The notes under the pieces are model-generated. The model did no database searches. It saw only the letters and a list, made by a program, of their open reading frames with translations, and was not told the origin of the DNA. A stretch of 63,701 nucleotides of DNA, counting the filler, from Clostridia bacterium (lineage in GTDB: Bacteria > CBDUZB01 > JAGLHV01): NCBI GenBank assembly GCA_030637025.1. It is 5 parts of 5 records of this genome, joined end to end, with 100 filler letters (N's around TTAATTAATTAA, not from the genome) between each part and the next. Parts side by side here need not be neighbours in the genome. Positions count along the whole stretch, not along the records: positions 1 to 14,673 come from DAOVVV010000048.1; 4 more parts are not named here. One strand, 5' to 3'. This document shows positions 1-9,650 of the stretch, piece by piece. Position numbers and translations under genes: made by a program. Each line of letters starts with the position of its first letter. The first letter of the stretch is position 1.

Positions 1-318
1 GACTCTTACTCCGTTAATAAGAACCAAGACTTGTTGAAAAGTACATCCTCTAATACTAATATCTGCTTGCATTCCCCAGGGATTACGCCTGCTCATATCT
101 ACACCCAGGGTATAATCAAGCAACTGACCGATAGCAGTAATCGGTAACGTTTCTATTTCTTTTTGGTCAATAATTTCCACATAGGAAACCCCTTGAACAA
201 AACTCTCGGGGAAAGAACTTCCCAGCCGTACTGTATTTAAATAAACTGTTTCTCCCCATAACCAAAAGGGCAGAAAAATAAAATAACTGACTATTCCGCA
301 AAAGGCAATTTTTTTCAT
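1..318 (-). CDS. TonB-dependent receptor, N-terminal signal and plug domain (partial, runs off window start; not in ORF track)
   Basis: Manual translation MKKIAFCGIVSYFIFLPFWLWGETVYLNTVRLG...VEIIDQKEIETLPITAIGQLLDYTLGVDMSRRNPWGMQADISIRGCTFQQVLVLINGVRV; ISIRG...QVLVLINGVRV is the plug-domain signature; ATG overlaps the bioY stop (ATGA). Confidence 0.85.
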   Translation of the reverse strand, partial: MKKIAFCGIVSYFIFLPFWLWGETVYLNTVRLGSSFPESFVQGVSYVEIIDQKEIETLPITAIGQLLDYTLGVDMSRRNPWGMQADISIRGCTFQQVLVLINGVRV

Positions 319-902
319 TTAAAAATCGTCTTAAACCTTGTTTGATACTTATGATATAATAAAGTTGCCAATATTATCTTTAAAAGACCGCCGGGAATAA
401 ACGGCGCCACTCCTAAAACAAAAGCTTTACTCATTCCTATTTTCATTACTACTGATAAATGCACCATACCGAAAAAATAAATAATTAGTGTTCCGCTAAG
501 AAAAGAAATAACTATCCACGGCAAGTTGCTTTTCTTTTCCAGCATTTCACCCACCACCCAGGAAGCGAACAAAAATCCAATCAGATATCCACCGGTTGGT
601 CCAAAAAAATATAGCATTCCGCCTATACCGGCAAAAATAGGTAATCCTATCCCTCCTAATATTAAATAACTCAACTGCGATATTCCACCCAATTTTTTAC
701 CTAATACCGCTCCGGAAAGTAAGACAAAAAGGGTTTGCAACGTTATGGGAACAGGGGTAAAGGGTAAATAAATTTTAGCGTAAGCAGCTAATGCCGTAGC
801 AATAATAAACCCACCTACTCCAATCATTGCACATATCTTTTTATCCAATACAATTTCTCTTTTTCCTACTGACCATGCCTGATTTATAGACCGACTAAAC
901 AT
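315..902 (-). CDS. bioY: Biotin transporter BioY (ECF S-component)
   Basis: PFTPVPITLQT, YLILGGIGLPIFAG and GPTGGYLIGF motifs; hydrophobic, 195 aa. Confidence 0.95.
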   Translation of the reverse strand: MFSRSINQAWSVGKREIVLDKKICAMIGVGGFIIATALAAYAKIYLPFTPVPITLQTLFVLLSGAVLGKKLGGISQLSYLILGGIGLPIFAGIGGMLYFFGPTGGYLIGFLFASWVVGEMLEKKSNLPWIVISFLSGTLIIYFFGMVHLSVVMKIGMSKAFVLGVAPFIPGGLLKIILATLLYHKYQTRFKTIFK

Positions 903-962
903 TTTTTTCCTCCTTTGTTTATTGTTTTATTTCCTGTATTATTTTAAATTATTAAATCCTTT

Positions 963-993
963 TTGTCAACCTTTTTTTTGTTGTGGTTAACAA
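963..993. promoter_or_regulatory. BirA-type biotin operator
   Basis: TTGTCAAC-N15-GTTAACAA dyad about 60 nt upstream of bioY; fits the BirA consensus TGTnAAC-N14-16-GTTnACA. Confidence 0.8.
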
Positions 994-1254
994 ACGGAAC
1001 ATTACATTTTTCCAAATTAGCCTTTTTTTATTCCTTTGGTTTTGGCCTGGTAATCAATTGTCTTATGATTACTCCCATGATGTCCTTTTTCTTCTTTATT
1101 TTTTTGTAGCTTGTTCCTATGGCTTCTAACTCTTTTGATGTCTTTACGGAGTCGTCTTTTAGTTGTTAATCCAGAGCTTCGGTAGCTTCAAATTTATATT
1201 CTCTGCCGGAAATTTTTGTGGTTAATTTTATCACAGAAGGCTCCTTTTTTGTTA

Positions 1255-2445
1255 TTATTTATTAATTAAGTTAAAAAGTTTGTGGGCTTTCTCTTTGTCT
1301 AAATTCTTCAATATGTTATATTCATCAAGTGCATCTCTTCGTTTACCTAAGATTGAATAAATCACCCCAAGACTATAATGAGCATCCGCATAATCAGGAT
1401 TTATTCTTATTGTCTTTTTAAATTCCTCTATCGCTTTACCAAATAATCTTTGTTTATAATAAATCACCCCAAGACCATAATAAGCCACCACATAATCAGG
1501 ATTCATTCTTATTATCTCTTTAAATTCCTTCTTCGCTTGATCGTATAAACCCCTTTTGTTATAAACCAGCCCAAGATCATAATGTGCATTCGCAAAATCA
1601 GGTTTAATCCTGATAGCTTTTTTGTACTCCCCTATCGCTTTATCCCATAAACCTTTTCCATCATACCCCAGCCCAAGATTATAATACGCATTTGCAAGAG
1701 CAGGGTCTATTTCCAAGGCATTTTTACAATATTTAATTACAAGACTTAGGTCTTCTTTGCTGATTTCTTTTCCTTTTTCTTCTAAAATATTTTCTGCTTT
1801 TTCTACCCATTCATAAGCAGTCAATGATTCTGTTGGTTTTTCCTGTATCTTTTTCTGTTCTTCTAATTTAACCTGTATACCTAATGTTTTAAGCAAATTG
1901 AAGGCAATCTCATCCTGCAAACTGAACATATCATTATAACTGCCCGTAGCTTCAGCAGTATTAATTATCTTTCCTGTAGCCACATCTACAAATCGTGCAG
2001 TTATTCTCATCTGATCAGCGGATTTTTGAAATTCCCCAATAACCATAATTTCTGCACCTAAAATTTTTCCTGCACTGACTGCTGTTTTTTCATCCACTAC
2101 TCCTGACATATTAAAGTTTATTTCCTGTAAAGATTTAACTACCTGATTTCTTTCCACTAACCGAACTTTTTTAACATTACCCAATTTACTAACTAAAGTA
2201 GACGCTATTCCCTCGCATAGCCAATCGAATTTAGGATTTTTGCTGAGATTTTCAAATTTCATTACTGCAATAACTTTCTTTTCTATTGTTTTAACTTTTG
2301 GCTTTTCTTCCGGTGGGATTTCACTGGTTGGGTGAGATTTTTTCTTTGTTAAATTATTTATAGTAGAACTTTTCTTTTCAGGTGTTGCACAACTGCATAA
2401 AAGACTAATGCCGATTACAACTAATATTATTTTAGAAAATTTCAT
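1255..2445 (-). CDS. Lipoprotein with CsgG/FlgO-like domain and C-terminal TPR repeats
   Basis: Lipobox-like LLCSC; IAVMKFENLS...LVERNQV...AGKILGA...ITARFVDVATG; repeated AxYxLG TPR units. Confidence 0.8.
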   Translation of the reverse strand: MKFSKIILVVIGISLLCSCATPEKKSSTINNLTKKKSHPTSEIPPEEKPKVKTIEKKVIAVMKFENLSKNPKFDWLCEGIASTLVSKLGNVKKVRLVERNQVVKSLQEINFNMSGVVDEKTAVSAGKILGAEIMVIGEFQKSADQMRITARFVDVATGKIINTAEATGSYNDMFSLQDEIAFNLLKTLGIQVKLEEQKKIQEKPTESLTAYEWVEKAENILEEKGKEISKEDLSLVIKYCKNALEIDPALANAYYNLGLGYDGKGLWDKAIGEYKKAIRIKPDFANAHYDLGLVYNKRGLYDQAKKEFKEIIRMNPDYVVAYYGLGVIYYKQRLFGKAIEEFKKTIRINPDYADAHYSLGVIYSILGKRRDALDEYNILKNLDKEKAHKLFNLINK

Positions 2446-2854
2446 TTATTTTTTTCCCTTTTTAGTTAGTGTGTTTACCTTAAAATATCACATTTTTAGA
2501 AAGTATTCAATAATAAACTCAACAGGAAAGTTTGCTTGTGAGGTAAAACATGAAAGTTAAAATTAGCCGTTGTGGTTACCAAAAAGAGAGAATAGAGAAG
2601 CACACGGGGCACATTAGGGATACTGCAAAAGGGCTTTATTTTGGCGTTCTATGGGGGTGTTGGGTGAGCAAGGACCTCTGATGGCTTTTTACGTAAATAA
2701 AAAGGCACTTATGTTTTCAATACATGGTTTCTTCTACATTTTAATGATTACTTTGGTCTAACTGAAAAATTTCCCGATAGAATTTGAAATTAAGGTATCC
2801 GGGGATGAGGATTTGAAGTGATGGAGATGAATTATTGTATTAAAGAAATATTTA

Positions 2855-3097
2855 TTATTTAATAATCTGTATTGCAATATATGGTATTATGTTAAAAACA
2901 AAAATAATCGTTTTGTAATTTATCAGTGAGGAATGTATTGATTCAGCAGCTTTTTCTTCCGACACATTAAAAAGTTTGCTATGTATTCTATATACTCGGT
3001 TTTTGCCTATCATCAGTACTAAAAAAACCAGTAAGGAGGCCACCAAATTTATAATTGAACACCATAAAAAAAACTGACTAAGCATTTCTATATTCAT
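2855..3097 (-). CDS. Small membrane protein (DUF6868-like)
   Basis: FFLWCSIIN...YRIHSKLF...YK...FVFNIIPYIA pattern; AAGGAG RBS. Confidence 0.65.
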   Translation of the reverse strand: MNIEMLSQFFLWCSIINLVASLLVFLVLMIGKNRVYRIHSKLFNVSEEKAAESIHSSLINYKTIIFVFNIIPYIAIQIIK

Positions 3098-3281
3098 TTG
3101 TTATCTCCTTTGATATATTATTCCTTGTTATTATTCTACATAAAACATTCAGGATACAATTTATTTTACATTATATAAAAAAATATTTCAAGTAACCCCT
3201 TCTTCTTTTTTTCTTATTCCATTGACTTTTTATCGGTTCTTTTGATATATTAGGTTTTATAAAAAAAGGAAAGGACTTAAA

Positions 3282-4199
3282 ATGCGCATTAAATTGATCA
3301 TTAATCCCTTTTCCGGGGGGAAAAAAGCAAAAAAATATTTGCCGAAAATAAAAGAAATTTTAAGCAAAAACAATAAATTAGATGTTTCTGAAACTAATGA
3401 CATTATTCAAATTGAAAAAATCGCTTTTCAGACAGCTTCCAAAAAAAATTACGACCTGCTCGTTGTCGGAGGAGGCGACGGCACATTAAATCTGGCTATA
3501 AAAGCAATAAAAAACGCTTCCCCTAACCCCAAACAATCCAATGATATTCCGCTTGGTTTTATTCCCTTAGGTATAACCAATGTCTTTGCCTTAGAAGTAG
3601 GTATTCCTCAAAACCCTCTTGCTGCTTGCGAAATTATTCTTAAAGCCAGAACTAAAGAATTAGACCTTGGTAAAATAAGCGAGCCTGAGAATATCCATTA
3701 TTTTATTTCTATGGCCGGAATTGGCTTTGATGCCGAAGTAGTTGAGCGGGTAGCCCCGGGATTAAAAAACATTTTAGGGGCAAAGGCCTTTATTCTCCAG
3801 GGTTTTTATGATTTCATTAAATACAATCCTTCTCCTTTTTATGTCCAAAAAGATAACGAAATACCTGAAAAATGTTTCCTGGCCATTGTTTGTAATGCTA
3901 AGCATTACGGAGGGAAATTCACCTTTTTCCCCCATGCAAGTATGTCCGACGGAATTCTGGATGTTTGCTTATTAAAAAATAGGAGCCGTAAAGCATTATT
4001 GTCCTTTTTCTTTAACTTAGTAACTAAACAGTCTTCTTCTAAAAACAAAAACATACTTTCGTTTAAAGCAAAAAAATTTAAAATTTATAGTTCTGAAGAA
4101 AAATATATTCCTATTCAGATAGATGGGGATGTAGGAGGAAAATTACCTGCTGAATTTGAGGTGTATCCCGGAGCCCTCAAAATGATATTACCCGGATAG
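3282..4199 (+). CDS. Diacylglycerol/lipid kinase family protein (YegS/DagK)
   Basis: IINPFSG, GGGDGT, IPLGITNVFA, GIGFDA and QIDGD motifs. Confidence 0.92.
   Translation: MRIKLIINPFSGGKKAKKYLPKIKEILSKNNKLDVSETNDIIQIEKIAFQTASKKNYDLLVVGGGDGTLNLAIKAIKNASPNPKQSNDIPLGFIPLGITNVFALEVGIPQNPLAACEIILKARTKELDLGKISEPENIHYFISMAGIGFDAEVVERVAPGLKNILGAKAFILQGFYDFIKYNPSPFYVQKDNEIPEKCFLAIVCNAKHYGGKFTFFPHASMSDGILDVCLLKNRSRKALLSFFFNLVTKQSSSKNKNILSFKAKKFKIYSSEEKYIPIQIDGDVGGKLPAEFEVYPGALKMILPG
4099..4199 (+). repeat. Direct repeat copy 1 (3' end of the lipid kinase gene)
   Basis: Near-identical to 5993-6093. Confidence 0.9.
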
Positions 4200-4270
4200 A
4201 AAAATAACCGTTAAACATATGAAGTGCATCCTCTGTTACTTTACATAAATTAGAATATTTCATACAAAAT

Positions 4271-5068
4271 TTACTTCTTTCTGTCTGTCAATTTTGTTTT
4301 AACCATCATTTCCAATTCTTCTATTATTACATTATATCCAGGCAGATTTGTAATTTGTTTTTCCAACCTAATCTGCCAATTTCGTTTATAATTCTCTTTT
4401 TTAATCTCACTTAAAAGATTAGCAATATAAATGTCACAAGTATATCTTTTTTTAAATTCTTCTTTTATCTTTGCTACATTAAGCTCTAATTTCAAAAGAT
4501 ACCAAAGGTCATAAATATCACGCGGTTCATCTACTACATCTAAAATTCTACCTATTTTATCACCGACTATAGATTCCAAATCATAAGTCCCAAGATAAAG
4601 GTCCTCTTTTTTAAATTCGTGATAGCTAAATAATATTTTTTTTGGTTGAAAAGAAGGAATATGATTATCTTTTAAAACATCTATTTTAAACTCTTTAATA
4701 GCCTTAATCTCTGAAATCAAATCATAGAGAATAAAAAATTGTAGCCTATCTTTCTTATATTCGAAACGTTTATCCAACTTAACCGGGTAATCGGCATTAA
4801 TTTTTAATAAACATTGGTCTAATTTAGATTCAATTTCCGCAAGATTTTCTTTATACGGTAACAAAAAATCTAAATCCTCTGAAAAACGATAGTTCCGAAA
4901 ATAAATTTTTTTTAACGCAGTCCCCCCGCGAAAAACAATTTTTTCCTGAAAATAAATATCTCTTGCTAAATAAAATAAAACAAGTTCAATAAAGAAATCT
5001 TTTTCAATTATCTCTTCCGGAACTTGTAATTCAGTAGATAGTTTTTGAATTTTGTAATAACTAATCAT
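4271..5068 (-). CDS. abiEii: Type IV TA toxin, AbiEii/AbiGii nucleotidyltransferase
   Basis: IEKD, FRGGTALKKIYF, RFSEDLDF and RDIYDL motifs. Confidence 0.92.
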   Translation of the reverse strand: MISYYKIQKLSTELQVPEEIIEKDFFIELVLFYLARDIYFQEKIVFRGGTALKKIYFRNYRFSEDLDFLLPYKENLAEIESKLDQCLLKINADYPVKLDKRFEYKKDRLQFFILYDLISEIKAIKEFKIDVLKDNHIPSFQPKKILFSYHEFKKEDLYLGTYDLESIVGDKIGRILDVVDEPRDIYDLWYLLKLELNVAKIKEEFKKRYTCDIYIANLLSEIKKENYKRNWQIRLEKQITNLPGYNVIIEELEMMVKTKLTDRKK

Positions 5069-5073
5069 GATTA

Positions 5074-5898
5074 TTAATGCCAGATTAAATTAAGAATTTG
5101 TTTTTGCCCTACATTATCAATCAATCGCCAATTATTCTTACTAATTCTTTTTGTTGTCAAAGTAGGGTCAAACAAATCATAACGATTTTTGATATATTTT
5201 TTTAATTCTGTACTTAAAAAAGGCTGATTAATTTTAAGAATCTCTAAAATATATCCTAATCTTTTGGCAACTATATTTTTATTATATTTACTCACATATT
5301 TATTTAATTTATTATAATCAATTTTATCCTTTACCAACCAGATTCCTTTAGCAATTTCCGAGATACCCCCACAATACTGAGGAAAAACCAAAGCATCAAC
5401 AATGGTTTTTTCTAAATCAGATATTCTCACTTTTTCGATTTTAGTTACCCATTCTTCCCTAATTCCCCAAATAAATCTTTTATTTACGAAAACAAAAAAC
5501 AATTTATCCTTCATTTGTATGGGAACAGTTTGCCTTTTGGGAGTAACTACAAAAAATTTAACCACCGGTTGTGTCAACATTCCCCAATAATGCATAGCAC
5601 TATAAAAAGCAACATAATAATCCGGAGAATTAACTACTTCCCGAGCTGCTACATACCAATTCCCGATGTACTGCTGTTTTAAGTTACCTAATTCCTGAGG
5701 TATAATTAAAAATTTCCCGGCTTTTAAACGAGCAATTATTTTTCTGCGCACCAACTCCGCTAATAAATCCGTAACTTCATTGTAATTCTTACCGGTAATT
5801 AACTGAGCATCGGTAATACTAAAAATAGTTTTATTTTGATCATACAAATTACTAATTAAACCGGCACTTATTTTACCCAAAGTTTTTAAAAAACTCAT
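5074..5898 (-). CDS. abiEi: Type IV TA antitoxin AbiEi (wHTH transcriptional regulator)
   Basis: RLKAGKF, YVAFYSAMHYWGM, SDLEKTIVD and KRLGYILE; directly upstream of the toxin. Confidence 0.9.
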   Translation of the reverse strand: MSFLKTLGKISAGLISNLYDQNKTIFSITDAQLITGKNYNEVTDLLAELVRRKIIARLKAGKFLIIPQELGNLKQQYIGNWYVAAREVVNSPDYYVAFYSAMHYWGMLTQPVVKFFVVTPKRQTVPIQMKDKLFFVFVNKRFIWGIREEWVTKIEKVRISDLEKTIVDALVFPQYCGGISEIAKGIWLVKDKIDYNKLNKYVSKYNKNIVAKRLGYILEILKINQPFLSTELKKYIKNRYDLFDPTLTTKRISKNNWRLIDNVGQKQILNLIWH

Positions 5899-5923
5899 TT
5901 TTTTCCACCTTTTGTGTCGTTTT

Positions 5924-5980
5924 TACAGGATGACATCCTGTATTTTATACAACTATGGTAGATTTGTCAAGTATAAAATA
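5924..5980 (-). promoter_or_regulatory. abiE promoter with overlapping inverted repeats (likely AbiEi autoregulation site)
   Basis: Minus-strand TTGACA(5970-5965)-17-TAAAAT(5947-5942); dyads TACAGGATG-A-CATCCTGTA (5924-5942) and TATTTTATAC-N20-GTATAAAATA (5941-5980). Confidence 0.65.
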
Positions 5981-5992
5981 TTATGTCTTATA

Positions 5993-6093
5993 AAAAATAC
6001 ATTCCTATCCAGATAGATGGAGATGATGTAGGAGGAAAATTACCCGCTGAATTTGAGGTGTATCCCGGAGCTTTAAAAATGGTATTACCATAA
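5993..6093 (+). repeat. Direct repeat copy 2: orphan fragment of the lipid kinase 3' end
   Basis: Encodes KYIPIQIDGDDVGGKLPAEFEVYPGALKMVLP* versus KYIPIQIDGDVGGKLPAEFEVYPGALKMILPG* in the intact gene. Confidence 0.9.
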
Positions 6094-6130
6094 TACCAAG
6101 CATATTTGGAGAGTTACTGCAAAAAAATAT

Positions 6131-7639
6131 TTATTTTTTTCTATTTATCTCTTTTAAAAGTTTACCAGCCGACTTTTTATCTAATTCTTTTAATATTTCA
6201 TATTCCCCTGTTGCTTCTTCCTTTTTATTCAATTTCAAATAGACTAAACCTAAAACAAAATGAACATCTGCATTGTCTGATTTAATTTTTATTGCTTCTC
6301 TACAAATTTCTAAGGATTGCTCATACAATCCTTTTTTATAATAAGCTAAACTTAAATTATAATGGGCATCGATATTATCCGGTTTAATCTCAATTATTTC
6401 TCTGAATTTTTCCATTGCTTTATCGTATAAACTTCTTTTCATATAAATTAACCCTACATAATAATAGCTTTCTGTAAAATCAGGGTCAATTCTTATCACC
6501 TTTTCAAAAGCTTCAATTGCTTTATCGTATAATTTCTGCTTATAATAAATCAATCCCAGCTTATACTGAGCCTCTGCAAAATAAAAATTACAGCCAATTG
6601 CTCTTTCGTATTCTCTTATTGCCTGCCCATAAGCACCTTGTTCATCGTAAATCATTCCCCTATAATAATATGTTTTTTCGTTATTAGAATCCATTTCAAG
6701 CGATTTTTCAAATTCCCCCCTTGCCTTATCATACAACCCTTTCTGATAATAAACTACTCCAAGATTATAATGGACCCGTTCATCATCCGGTTTGAGCACA
6801 AGTACTTCTTTATATGCAGCTATCGACTGATCATATTGTCCTTGCTTTTCATAACTAATTCCCAACTTATAGTAAGCTTCGGCAAAATCAGGTTTAAGTC
6901 TTATTGCCTCAGCATATTCTTTTATTGCCTGGTCATACAATCCTTTTTTTGCATAACTTTCTCCTAAATTATAATGGAGATTTTCATCTTCAGGATTAAA
7001 TTTGATTTTATGTTTATATTTCTCTATGGTTTCATTGTAAATTCCTTCGTTTTCGTCAACTTTTTTAAAGGTATAAGGAGAATTTGCATAATCAGAATTA
7101 ATGCTCACCGCTATATCAAATTCTTCTATTGCTTTATCTTTAAATCCCCCCAGAGCATAAATAGATCCCAAGGCATAATGAGCCGGGGCATAATCATATT
7201 GACATTTTATTGCTTTCTCAAATTCCTTTCCTGCCTTCCAATAAAGCTCTTTCTGTTTATAAATTATTCCCAGATTATAATAAGATCCTGTAAAATCAGG
7301 GTTATTTTTTATTACTTCCTTGAAACTTTCTATTGCCTTATCAATCAAACCTTTCTGTTGATAAACTTCCCCCAAACTAAAATGAGCTTTCCAATAATTA
7401 GAATCAATCTTTATTGTCTTTTCAAATTCATCCCTTGCTTTATCATATAATTTCTTTTTATAATAAACTACCCCAAGATTATAGTGGGCATTTACTGAAT
7501 CAGGGGTCCTTTTTATCTCTTTTTCCAGCTTACTTATCGCTTTGTTCTGTAAACTCTCCTCCGACTTCGAACATCCGCATAAAAAAATACTCCCCACTAA
7601 AATTAAAACTACTTTCACCATATAATTTTTTCTTTCCAT
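6131..7639 (-). CDS. TPR-repeat lipoprotein
   Basis: Lipobox FLCGC; about 12 TPR units (AHYNLG); paralog of 7761-9305. Confidence 0.88.
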   Translation of the reverse strand: MERKNYMVKVVLILVGSIFLCGCSKSEESLQNKAISKLEKEIKRTPDSVNAHYNLGVVYYKKKLYDKARDEFEKTIKIDSNYWKAHFSLGEVYQQKGLIDKAIESFKEVIKNNPDFTGSYYNLGIIYKQKELYWKAGKEFEKAIKCQYDYAPAHYALGSIYALGGFKDKAIEEFDIAVSINSDYANSPYTFKKVDENEGIYNETIEKYKHKIKFNPEDENLHYNLGESYAKKGLYDQAIKEYAEAIRLKPDFAEAYYKLGISYEKQGQYDQSIAAYKEVLVLKPDDERVHYNLGVVYYQKGLYDKARGEFEKSLEMDSNNEKTYYYRGMIYDEQGAYGQAIREYERAIGCNFYFAEAQYKLGLIYYKQKLYDKAIEAFEKVIRIDPDFTESYYYVGLIYMKRSLYDKAMEKFREIIEIKPDNIDAHYNLSLAYYKKGLYEQSLEICREAIKIKSDNADVHFVLGLVYLKLNKKEEATGEYEILKELDKKSAGKLLKEINRKK

Positions 7640-7760
7640 TTGAACAGTTTATCCCTTCTTGCTCTCTTCATTTATCAATGGTATTATTAAACTTTTTGCT
7701 GCCTTTATTGTTTCATTAAGCCAAATAAATTTAAAAAACACTTTTATACGATATCAGCAA

Positions 7761-9305
7761 CTACTCTCCATGCATTTTTTTTTGTTTTTTCTTATCAATT
7801 TCATTTAAAAGTTTAAGAGCTACTATTTCATCTAACTCTTTCAGTATTTCATATTCTTTAAGTGCTTCTTCCTCTTTATCCATTTCTAAATACACTAATC
7901 CAAGAATAAAATGGGTATCTGCACTATCATATTCAATTTCCACTGCTTTATTGCATTCTTCTATTGCTTGCTTATATAATTTTTTCTTATAATAAATCAA
8001 TCCAAGATTATACCGAGCTTTCATATAATCTGATTTCAAAGCTAATGTCTCCTCATATTTTTTTATTGCCAGGCCATACAAGTCCTGTTCATAATAAGCT
8101 ACCCCAAGATTATAATGGGCATCTACATTATTCGGTTTAAGCTTGATTGTTTCTTTGAATTTTTTTATTGCTTCAAGATATAACTTCTTTTTATTATAAA
8201 CCACTCCGAGATTATAATGAGCTTCTGTAAAAAAACGATTAATTTTTAAGGCTCTCTTATATACTTCTTCGGCTTTATCTAACAAACCCTTATTAACATA
8301 AATTACCCCCAAATTACAATAAAACTTTTCATTTTCAGTATCAAGCTTAATTGCTTCCAAAAATTCTTCTATTGCTAAATCATATAACTCCTGTTCATTA
8401 TAAACTACTCCCAGACTATAATGAACAATCGGATCCTTTGGTTTAAGCATAAGTGCTTCCTTATATTCCCATACTGCTTCTTCAAATTGCTTCATTTTTT
8501 CATAAACAACACCAAGATTATAATGAGCATCCGCAAAATCAGGGTCAATGACTATCGCTTCTATATATTCTCCCACCGCCTGGTCATATAGACCTCTCTC
8601 TACATAAGCCCCACCTAAATCAAAATGAAGATTTAGATTCCCAGGGTCAATCCGGATTCTTTCTTTATAATTTTCTATTTCTTCATCAAATAAAACAGTT
8701 TTGTCATCAATCATCTTGCTTGTCGGATAAGGTTGATTAGCATAACTGGAATCAATCTTCACTGCATCATTAAACTCTTCCATTGCTCTTTCTCTAGAAC
8801 CTTTTTGATTATAAATCCAACCTAACTCATAATGTGGCCCTGCATAATCATATTTATTCATTATTGCCTGTTTAAATTGTTGCATTGCCTTCCAATAAAG
8901 TCCTTTTTTTTTATAAATCATCCCTAACTTATAATAAGCTTCTTCACATTCAGGATCATTTTTTATTGATTTTTTAAACATTTCCACTGCTTTATCATTT
9001 ATGTTTTTTTGATCATAAATATCCCCAAGGCAATAATAAGTTTTTGCATGTTGGGGATTAATATTTAACACTTTTTCAAATTCTTTTATTGCCAGGTCAT
9101 TTAAGCCTTTTTTTATATAAATACATCCCAAGGCATAGTGTGCATCTACAGACTCGGGGTTTACCCTTATTTCTTTTTTTAATTTTTTTATATTTTTATT
9201 TTGTAAACTCTCTTCCGATCTTGAACAACCCCACAAAAAATTGATACTTAGTAAAACACATATTATTTTACAGATGTGTCTTTTCCCCTTTTTTTTAAAA
9301 TACAT
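7761..9305 (-). CDS. TPR-repeat lipoprotein
   Basis: Lipobox FLWGC then SRSEESLQNK, shared with its neighbour; many TPR units. Confidence 0.88.
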   Translation of the reverse strand: MYFKKKGKRHICKIICVLLSINFLWGCSRSEESLQNKNIKKLKKEIRVNPESVDAHYALGCIYIKKGLNDLAIKEFEKVLNINPQHAKTYYCLGDIYDQKNINDKAVEMFKKSIKNDPECEEAYYKLGMIYKKKGLYWKAMQQFKQAIMNKYDYAGPHYELGWIYNQKGSRERAMEEFNDAVKIDSSYANQPYPTSKMIDDKTVLFDEEIENYKERIRIDPGNLNLHFDLGGAYVERGLYDQAVGEYIEAIVIDPDFADAHYNLGVVYEKMKQFEEAVWEYKEALMLKPKDPIVHYSLGVVYNEQELYDLAIEEFLEAIKLDTENEKFYCNLGVIYVNKGLLDKAEEVYKRALKINRFFTEAHYNLGVVYNKKKLYLEAIKKFKETIKLKPNNVDAHYNLGVAYYEQDLYGLAIKKYEETLALKSDYMKARYNLGLIYYKKKLYKQAIEECNKAVEIEYDSADTHFILGLVYLEMDKEEEALKEYEILKELDEIVALKLLNEIDKKKQKKMHGE

Positions 9306-9650
9306 CTGTCCCTCCTCTACTCATTTCCAAAAATAATTAAACATTTCTAAAATATTTCTACTTTCATTAATTCTGATTTTAACGTTTTTTACTTAAAACA
9401 ACATATTTGCATTTTATACCATTATATCAAATTTGTCAAATATAAAACACCGGCTGCTGATCCCCAAATTCCTCTGAATTTCAGGCAAAACCCAGATTGA
9501 AATTAGTCTTACTTGTTATGTCTGATTATGTCGGAAGATTCATACGAAAGAAAATACTCCCAAAAAATTCCCAACTATTTATTTCCTTCAATATAGAATT
9601 TAGAATCAAGCTTTTCGGAAAAATTTAAAATGTATTTTTCCTGTTTAATT

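Noticed and set aside
6638-7719. Plus-strand ORFs inside the TPR gene, and similar short antisense ORFs across the window
   Set aside because: Shadow frames of well-supported genes with F/I/L/S-rich composition and no motifs
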